This document shows positions 54,301 through 64,000 of a stretch of 64,000 nt of DNA, in pieces. The DNA lies in assembly GCA_964016885.1 (NCBI GenBank), contig OZ024740.1, forward strand, positions 38,254,001 to 38,318,000, read 5' to 3'. Source of the stretch: Eledone cirrhosa. Taxonomy: Eukaryota. The notes beneath the pieces were generated by a model that saw only the letters and a list, made by a program, of their open reading frames with translations, was not told the origin of the DNA and searched no databases. The first letter of the stretch is position 1, and each line of letters starts with the position of its first letter. A program made the position numbers and the translations under genes.

Positions 54301-57300
54301 AGATCAGGTACAAATAGTTGACTAACTAGGTTGTGTTTACATTAATCCTAGCTCATCTTATACATTACACTACAGATCAGGTACAAATAGTTGACTAACT
54401 AGGTTGTGTTTACATTAATCCTAGCTCATCTTATACATTACACTACAGATCAGGTACAAACAGTTGACTAACTAGGTTGTGTTTACATTAAACCTAGCTC
54501 ATCTTATACATTACACTACAGATCAGGTACAAACAGTTGACTAACTAGGTTGTGTTTACATTAATCCTAGCTCATCTTATACATTACACTACAGATCAGG
54601 TACAAACAGCTGACTAACTAGGTTGTGTTTACATTAATCCTAGCTCATCTTATACATTACACTACAGATCAGGTACAAACAGTTGACTAACTAGGTTGTG
54701 TTTACATTAATCCTAGCTCATCTTATACATTACACTACAGATCAGGTACAAACAGCTGACTGACTAGGTTATTTTTACATTAATCCTAGCTCATCTTATA
54801 CATTACACTTCAGATCAGGTACAAACAGTTGACTAACTAGGTTGTGTTTACATTAATCCTAGCTCATCTTATACATTACACTACAGATCAGGTACAAACA
54901 GCTGACTGACTAGGTTATTTTTACATTAATCCTAGCTCATCTTATACATTACACTTCAGATCAGGTACAAACAGTTGACTAACTAGGTTGTGTTTACATT
55001 AATCCTAGCTCATCTTATACATTACACTACAGATCAGGTACAAACAGCTGACTAACTAGATTGTGTTTACATTAAGCCTAGCTCATCTTATACATTACAC
55101 TACAGATCAGGTACAAACAGCTGACTAACTAGGTTGTGTTTACATTAATCCTAGCTCATCTTATACATTACACTACAGATCAGGTACAAACAGCTGACTT
55201 ACTAGGTTATTTTTACATTAATCCTAGCTCATCTTATACATTACACTTCAGATCAGGTACAAACAGTTGACTAACTAGGTTGTGTTTACATTAATTCTAG
55301 CTCATCTTATACATTACAATACAGATCAGGTACAAACACCTGACTAACTAGGTTGTGTTTACATTAATCCTAGCTCATCTTATACAATACACTACAGATC
55401 AGGTACAAACAGCTGACTAACTAGGTTGTGTTTACATTAATCCTAGCTCATCTTATACATTACACTACAGATCAGGTACAAACAGCTGACTGACTAGGTT
55501 ATTTTTACATTAATCCTAGCTCATCTTATACATTACACTTCAGATCAGGTACAAACAGTTGACTAACTAGGTTGTGTTTACATTAATCCTAGCTCATCTT
55601 ATACATTACACTACAGATCAGGTACAAATAGCTGATTAACTAGGTTCTTTTTACATTAATCCTAGCTCATCTTATACATTACACTACAGATCAGGTACAA
55701 ACAGTTGACTAACTAGGTTGTGTTTACATTAATCCTAGCTCATCTTATACATTACACTACAGATCAGGTACAAACAGCTGACTGACTAGGTTATTTTTAC
55801 ATTAATCCTAGCTCATCTTATACATTACACTTCAGATCAGGTACAAACAGTTGACTAACTAGGTTGTGTTTACATTAATCCTAGCTCATCTTATACATTA
55901 CACTACAGATCAGGTACAAACAGCTGACTGACTAGGTTATTTTTACATTAATCCTAGCTCATCTTATACATTACACTTCAGATCAGGTACAAACAGTTGA
56001 CTAACTAGGTTGTGTTTACATTAATCCTAGCTCATCTTATACATTACACTACAGATCAGGTACAAACAGCTGACTAACTAGATTGTGTTTACATTAAGCC
56101 TAGCTCATCTTATACATTACACTACAGATCAGGTACAAACAGCTGACTAACTAGGTTGTGTTTACATTAATCCTAGCTCATCTTATACATTACACTACAG
56201 ATCAGGTACAAACAGCTGACTTACTAGGTTATTTTTACATTAATCCTAGCTCATCTTATACATTACACTTCAGATCAGGTACAAACAGTTGACTAACTAG
56301 GTTGTGTTTACATTAATTCTAGCTCATCTTATACATTACAATACAGATCAGGTACAAACACCTGACTAACTAGGTTGTGTTTACATTAATCCTAGCTCAT
56401 CTTATACAATACACTACAGATCAGGTACAAACAGCTGACTAACTAGGTTGTGTTTACATTAATCCTAGCTCATCTTATACATTACACTACAGATCAGGTA
56501 CAAACAGCTGACTGACTAGGTTATTTTTACATTAATCCTAGCTCATCTTATACATTACACTTCAGATCAGGTACAAACAGTTGACTAACTAGGTTGTGTT
56601 TACATTAATCCTAGCTCATCTTATACATTACACTACAGATCAGGTACAAATAGCTGATTAACTAGGTTCTTTTTACATTAATCCTAGCTCATCTTATACA
56701 TTACACTACAGATCAGGTACAAACAGTTGACTAACTAGGTTGTGTTTACATTAATCCTAGCTCATCTTATACATTACACTACAGATCAGGTACAAACAGC
56801 TGACTAACTAGGTTATTTTTACATTAATCCTAGCTCATCTTATACATTACACTACAGATCAGATACAAACAGCTGACTAACTAGGTTGTGTTTACATTAA
56901 TCCTAGCTCATCTTATACATTACACTTCAGATCAGGTACAAATAGTTGACTAACTAGGTTGTGTTTACATTAATCCTAGCTCATCTTATACATTACACTA
57001 CAGATCAGGTACAAACAGCTGACTAACTAGGTTGTGTTTACATTAATCCTAGCTCATCTTATACATTACACTACAGATCAGGTACAAACAGTTGACTAAC
57101 TAGGTTGTGTTTACATTAATCCTTGCTCATCTTATACATTACATTACAGATCAGGTACAAACAGCTGACTAACTAGGTTGTTTTTACATTAATCCTAGCT
57201 CATCTTATACATTAGACTACAGATCAGGTACAAATAGTTGACTAACTAGGTTGTGTTTACATTAATCCTAGCTCATCTTATACATTACACTTCAGATCAG

Positions 57301-60300
57301 GTACAAATAGTTGACTAACTAGGTTGTGTTTACATTAATCCTAGCTCATCTTATACATTACACTACAGATCAGGTACAAACAGCTGACTAACTAGGTTGT
57401 GTTTACATTAATCCTAGCTCATCTTATACATTACACTACAGATCAGGTACAAACAGTTGACTAACTAGGTTGTGTTTACATTAATCCTAGCTCATCTTAT
57501 ACATTATACTACAGATCAGGTACAAATAGTTGACTAACTAGGTTGTGTTTACATTAATCCTAGCTCATCTTATACATTACACTTCAGATCAGGTACAAAT
57601 AGTTGACTAACTAGGTTGTGTTTACATTAATCCTAGCTCATCTTATACATTATACTACAGATCAGGTACAAACAGTTGACTAACTAGGTTGTGTTTACAT
57701 TAATCCTAGCTCATCTTATACATTACACTACAGATCAGGTACAAACAGTTGACTAACTAGGTTGTGTTTACATTAATCCTAGCTCATCTTATACATTACA
57801 CTACAGATCAGGTACAAACAGCTGACTAACTAGGTTGTGTTTACATTAATCCTAGCTCATCTTATACATTACACTACAGATTAGGTACAAACAGTTGACT
57901 AACTAGGTTGTGTTTACATTAATCCTAGCTCATTTTATACATTACACTACAGATCATGTACAAACAGCTGACTATCTAGGTTGTGTTTACATTAATCCTA
58001 GCTCATCTTATACATTACACTACAGATCATGTACAAACAGCTGACTATATAGGTTGTGTTTACATTAATGCTAGCTCATCTTATACATTACACTACAGAT
58101 CAGGTACAAACAGCTGACTAACTAGGTTGTGTTTACATTAATCCTAGCTCATCTTATACATTACACTACAGATCAGGTACAAACAGCTGACTAACTAGGT
58201 TGTGTTTACATTAATCCTAGCTCATCATATACATTACACTACAGATCAGGTACAAACAGCTGACTAACTAGGTTGTGTTTACATTAAACCTAGCTCATCT
58301 TATACATTACACTACAGATCAGGTACAAACAGTTGACTAACTAGGTTGTGTTTACATTAATCCTAGCTCATCTTATACATTACACTACAGATCAGGTACA
58401 AACAGCTGACTAACTAGGTTGTGTTTACATTAATCCTAGCTCATCTTATACATTACACTTCAGATCAGGTACAAACAGTTGACTAACTAGGTTGTGTTTA
58501 CATTAATCCTAGCTCATCTTATACATTACACTACAGATCAGGTACAAACAGCTGACTGACTAGGTTATTTTTACATTAATCCTAGCTCATCTTATACATT
58601 ACACTTCAGATCAGGTACAAACAGTTGACTAACTAGGTTGTGTTTACGTTAATCCTAGCTCATCTTATACATTACACTACAGATCAGGTACAAACAGCTG
58701 ACTGACTAGGTTATTTTTACATTAATCCTAGCTCATCTTATACATTACACTTCAGATCAGGTACAAACAGTTGACTAACTAGGTTGTGTTTACATTAATC
58801 CTAGCTCATCTTATACATTACACTACAGATCAGGTACAAACAGCTGACTAACTAGATTGTGTTTACATTAAGCCTAGCTCATCTTATACATTACACTACA
58901 GATCAGGTACAAACAGCTGACTAACTAGGTTGTGTTTACATTAATCCTAGCTCATCTTATACATTACACTACAGATCAGGTACAAACAGCTGACTTACTA
59001 GGTTATTTTTACATTAATCCTAGCTCATCTTATACATTACACTTCAGATCAGGTACAAACAGTTGACTAACTAGGTTGTGTTTACATTAATTCTAGCTCA
59101 TCTTATACATTACACTACAGATCAGGTACAAACAGCTGACTAACTAGGTTGTGTTTACATTAATCCTAGCTCATCTTATACATTACACTACAGATCAGGT
59201 ACAAACAGCTGACTGACTAGGTTATTTTTACATTAATCCTAGCTCATCTTATACATTACACTTCAGATCAGGTACAAACAGTTGACTAACTAGGTTGTGT
59301 TTACATTAATCCTAGCTCATCTTATACATTACACTACAGATCAGGTACAAATAGCTGATTAACTAGGTTCTTTTTACATTAATCCTAGCTCATCTTATAC
59401 ATTACACTACAGATCAGGTATAAACAGTTGACTAACTAGGTTGTGTTTACATTAATCCTAGCTCATCTTATACATTACACTACAGCTCAGGTACAAACAG
59501 CTGACTAACTAGGTTATTTTTACATTAATCCTAGCTCATCTTATACATTACACTACAGATCAGATACAAACAGCTGACTAACTAGGTTGTGTTTACATTA
59601 ATCCTAGCTCATCTTATACATTACACTTCAGATCAGGTACAAATAGTTGACTAACTAGGTTGTGTTTACATTAATCCTAGCTCATCTTATACATTACACT
59701 ACAGATCAGGTACAAACAGCTGACTAACTAGGTTGTGTTTACATTAATCCTAGCTCATCTTATACATTACACTACAGATCAGGTACAAACAGTTGACTAA
59801 CTAGGTTGTGTTTACATTAATCCTTGCTCATCTTATACATTACATTACAGATCAGGTACAAACAGCTGACTAACTAGGTTGTTTTTACATTAATCCTAGC
59901 TCATCTTATACATTACACTACAGATCAGGTACAAATAGTTGACTAACTAGGTTGTGTTTACATTAATCCTAGCTCATCTTATACATTACACTACAGATCA
60001 GGTACAAATAGTTGACTAACTAGGTTGTGTTTACATTAATCCTAGCTCATCTTATACATTACACTACAGATCAGGTACAAACAGTTGACTAACTAGGTTG
60101 TGTTTACATTAAACCTAGCTCATCTTATACATTACACTACAGATCAGGTACAAACAGTTGACTAACTAGGTTGTGTTTACATTAATCCTAGCTCATCTTA
60201 TACATTACACTACAGATCAGGTACAAACAGCTGACTAACTAGGTTGTGTTTACATTAATCCTAGCTCATCTTATACATTACACTACAGATCAGGTACAAA

Positions 60301-63300
60301 CAGTTGACTAACTAGGTTGTGTTTACATTAATCCTAGCTCATCTTATACATTACACTACAGATCAGGTACAAACAGCTGACTGACTAGGTTATTTTTACA
60401 TTAATCCTAGCTCATCTTATACATTACACTTCAGATCAGGTACAAACAGTTGACTAACTAGGTTGTGTTTACATTAATCCTAGCTCATCTTATACATTAC
60501 ACTACAGATCAGGTACAAACAGCTGACTGACTAGGTTATTTTTACATTAATCCTAGCTCATCTTATACATTACACTTCAGATCAGGTACAAACAGTTGAC
60601 TAACTAGGTTGTGTTTACATTAATCCTAGCTCATCTTATACATTACACTACAGATCAGGTACAAACAGCTGACTAACTAGATTGTGTTTACATTAAGCCT
60701 AGCTCATCTTATACATTACACTACAGATCAGGTACAAACAGCTGACTAACTAGGTTGTGTTTACATTAATCCTAGCTCATCTTATACATTACACTACAGA
60801 TCAGGTACAAACAGCTGACTTACTAGGTTATTTTTACATTAATCCTAGCTCATCTTATACATTACACTTCAGATCAGGTACAAACAGTTGACTAACTAGG
60901 TTGTGTTTACATTAATTCTAGCTCATCTTATACATTACAATACAGATCAGGTACAAACACCTGACTAACTAGGTTGTGTTTACATTAATCCTAGCTCATC
61001 TTATACAATACACTACAGATCAGGTACAAACAGCTGACTAACTAGGTTGTGTTTACATTAATCCTAGCTCATCTTATACATTACACTACAGATCAGGTAC
61101 AAACAGCTGACTGACTAGGTTATTTTTACATTAATCCTAGCTCATCTTATACATTACACTTCAGATCAGGTACAAACAGTTGACTAACTAGGTTGTGTTT
61201 ACATTAATCCTAGCTCATCTTATACATTACACTACAGATCAGGTACAAATAGCTGATTAACTAGGTTCTTTTTACATTAATCCTAGCTCATCTTATACAT
61301 TACACTACAGATCAGGTACAAACAGTTGACTAACTAGGTTGTGTTTACATTAATCCTAGCTCATCTTATACATTACACTACAGATCAGGTACAAACAGCT
61401 GACTAACTAGGTTATTTTTACATTAATCCTAGCTCATCTTATACATTACACTACAGATCAGATACAAACAGCTGACTAACTAGGTTGTGTTTACATTAAT
61501 CCTAGCTCATCTTATACATTACACTTCAGATCAGGTACAAATAGTTGACTAACTAGGTTGTGTTTACATTAATCCTAGCTCATCTTATACATTACACTAC
61601 AGATCAGGTACAAACAGCTGACTAACTAGGTTGTGTTTACATTAATCCTAGCTCATCTTATACATTACACTACAGATCAGGTACAAACAGTTGACTAACT
61701 AGGTTGTGTTTACATTAATCCTTGCTCATCTTATACATTACATTACAGATCAGGTACAAACAGCTGACTAACTAGGTTGTTTTTACATTAATCCTAGCTC
61801 ATCTTATACATTAGACTACAGATCAGGTACAAATAGTTGACTAACTAGGTTGTGTTTACATTAATCCTAGCTCATCTTATACATTACACTTCAGATCAGG
61901 TACAAATAGTTGACTAACTAGGTTGTGTTTACATTAATCCTAGCTCATCTTATACATTACACTACAGATCAGGTACAAACAGCTGACTAACTAGGTTGTG
62001 TTTACATTAATCCTAGCTCATCTTATACATTACACTACAGATCAGGTACAAACAGTTGACTAACTAGGTTGTGTTTACATTAATCCTAGCTCATCTTATA
62101 CATTATACTACAGATCAGGTACAAATAGTTGACTAACTAGGTTGTGTTTACATTAATCCTAGCTCATCTTATACATTACACTTCAGATCAGGTACAAATA
62201 GTTGACTAACTAGGTTGTGTTTACATTAATCCTAGCTCATCTTATACATTATACTACAGATCAGGTACAAACAGTTGACTAACTAGGTTGTGTTTACATT
62301 AATCCTAGCTCATCTTATACATTACACTACAGATCAGGTACAAACAGTTGACTAACTAGGTTGTGTTTACATTAATCCTAGCTCATCTTATACATTACAC
62401 TACAGATCAGGTACAAACAGCTGACTAACTAGGTTGTGTTTACATTAATCCTAGCTCATCTTATACATTACACTACAGATTAGGTACAAACAGTTGACTA
62501 ACTAGGTTGTGTTTACATTAATCCTAGCTCATTTTATACATTACACTACAGATCATGTACAAACAGCTGACTATCTAGGTTGTGTTTACATTAATCCTAG
62601 CTCATCTTATACATTACACTACAGATCATGTACAAACAGCTGACTATATAGGTTGTGTTTACATTAATGCTAGCTCATCTTATACATTACACTACAGATC
62701 AGGTACAAACAGCTGACTAACTAGGTTGTGTTTACATTAATCCTAGCTCATCTTATACATTACACTACAGATCAGGTACAAACAGCTGACTAACTAGGTT
62801 GTGTTTACATTAATCCTAGCTCATCTTATACATTACACTACAGATCAGGTACAAACAGCTGACTAACTAGGTTGTGTTTACATTAATCCTAGCTCATCAT
62901 ATACATTACACTACAGATCAGGTACAAACAGCTGACTAACTAGGTTGTGTTTACATTAAACCTAGCTCATCTTATACATTACACTACAGATCAGGTACAA
63001 ACAGTTGACTAACTAGGTTGTGTTTACATTAATCCTAGCTCATCTTATACATTACACTACAGATCAGGTACAAACAGCTGACTAACTAGGTTGTGTTTAC
63101 ATTAATCCTAGCTCATCTTATACATTACACTTCAGATCAGGTACAAACAGTTGACTAACTAGGTTGTGTTTACATTAATCCTAGCTCATCTTATACATTA
63201 CACTACAGATCAGGTACAAACAGCTGACTGACTAGGTTATTTTTACATTAATCCTAGCTTATCTTATACATTACACTTCAGATCAGGTACAAACAGTTGA

Positions 63301-64000
63301 CTAACTAGGTTGTGTTTACGTTAATCCTAGCTCATCTTATACATTACACTACAGATCAGGTACAAACAGCTGACTGACTAGGTTATTTTTACATTAATCC
63401 TAGCTCATCTTATACATTACACTTCAGATCAGGTACAAACAGTTGACTAACTAGGTTGTGTTTACATTAATCCTAGCTCATCTTATACATTACACTACAG
63501 ATCAGGTACAAACAGCTGACTAACTAGATTGTGTTTACATTAAGCCTAGCTCATCTTATACATTACACTACAATCAGGTACAAACAGCTGACTAACTAGG
63601 TTGTGTTTACATTAATCCTAGCTCATCTTATACATTACACTACAGATCAGGTACAAACAGCTGACTTACTAGGTTATTTTTACATTAATCCTAGCTCATC
63701 TTATACATTACACTTCAGATCAGGTACAAACAGTTGACTAACTAGGTTGTGTTTACATTAATTCTAGCTCATCTTATACATTACACTACAGATCAGGTAC
63801 AAACAGCTGACTAACTAGGTTGTGTTTACATTAATCCTAGCTCATCTTATACATTACACTACAGATCAGGTACAAACAGCTGACTGACTAGGTTATTTTT
63901 ACATTAATCCTAGCTCATCTTATACATTACACTTCAGATCAGGTACAAACAGTTGACTAACTAGGTTGTGTTTACATTAATCCTAGCTCATCTTATACAT
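39309..64000. repeat. 73-bp tandem satellite array, right arm (~338 monomers), truncated by the window end
   Basis: Same consensus and orientation. Contains six 71-bp monomers (GGTTTTCTAC variant) between 41201 and 49450 and a 1-bp deletion near 63573. Confidence 0.99.

Noticed and set aside
1-64000. CRISPR array or other repeat-spacer system
   Set aside because: No unique spacers; monomers abut directly and vary only by point changes; no cas genes.
1-64000. Repeat-encoded protein
   Set aside because: The 73-bp period shifts frame each unit and TGA/TAA/TAG stops are dense; the ORF track shows nothing within pure satellite.

Overview
The whole window is eukaryotic-type satellite DNA: about 863 head-to-tail copies of a 73-bp, ~34% GC monomer (consensus GYTGACTAACTAGGTTRTKTTTACATTAATCCTAGCTCATCTTATACATTACACTACAGATCAGGTACAAACA), all in one orientation and running off both ends. 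The only non-satellite sequence is three near-identical 322-bp inserts (34766-35087, 37424-37745, 38987-39308). They look like the 3' part of a 5'-truncated SINE/non-LTR retroelement on the minus strand, inserted once without a target-site duplication and then copied along with the satellite. Shared variants reveal an A/B dimer (146 bp), nested multi-kb duplications that are whole multiples of 73 bp, and four haplotype domains. No credible protein-coding gene, RNA gene or CRISPR array is present, and all listed ORFs overlap the inserts and appear spurious. I found no clear new gene system; the interest lies in array architecture and in monomer motifs whose functional readings are speculative. 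Coordinates and offsets were counted by hand.
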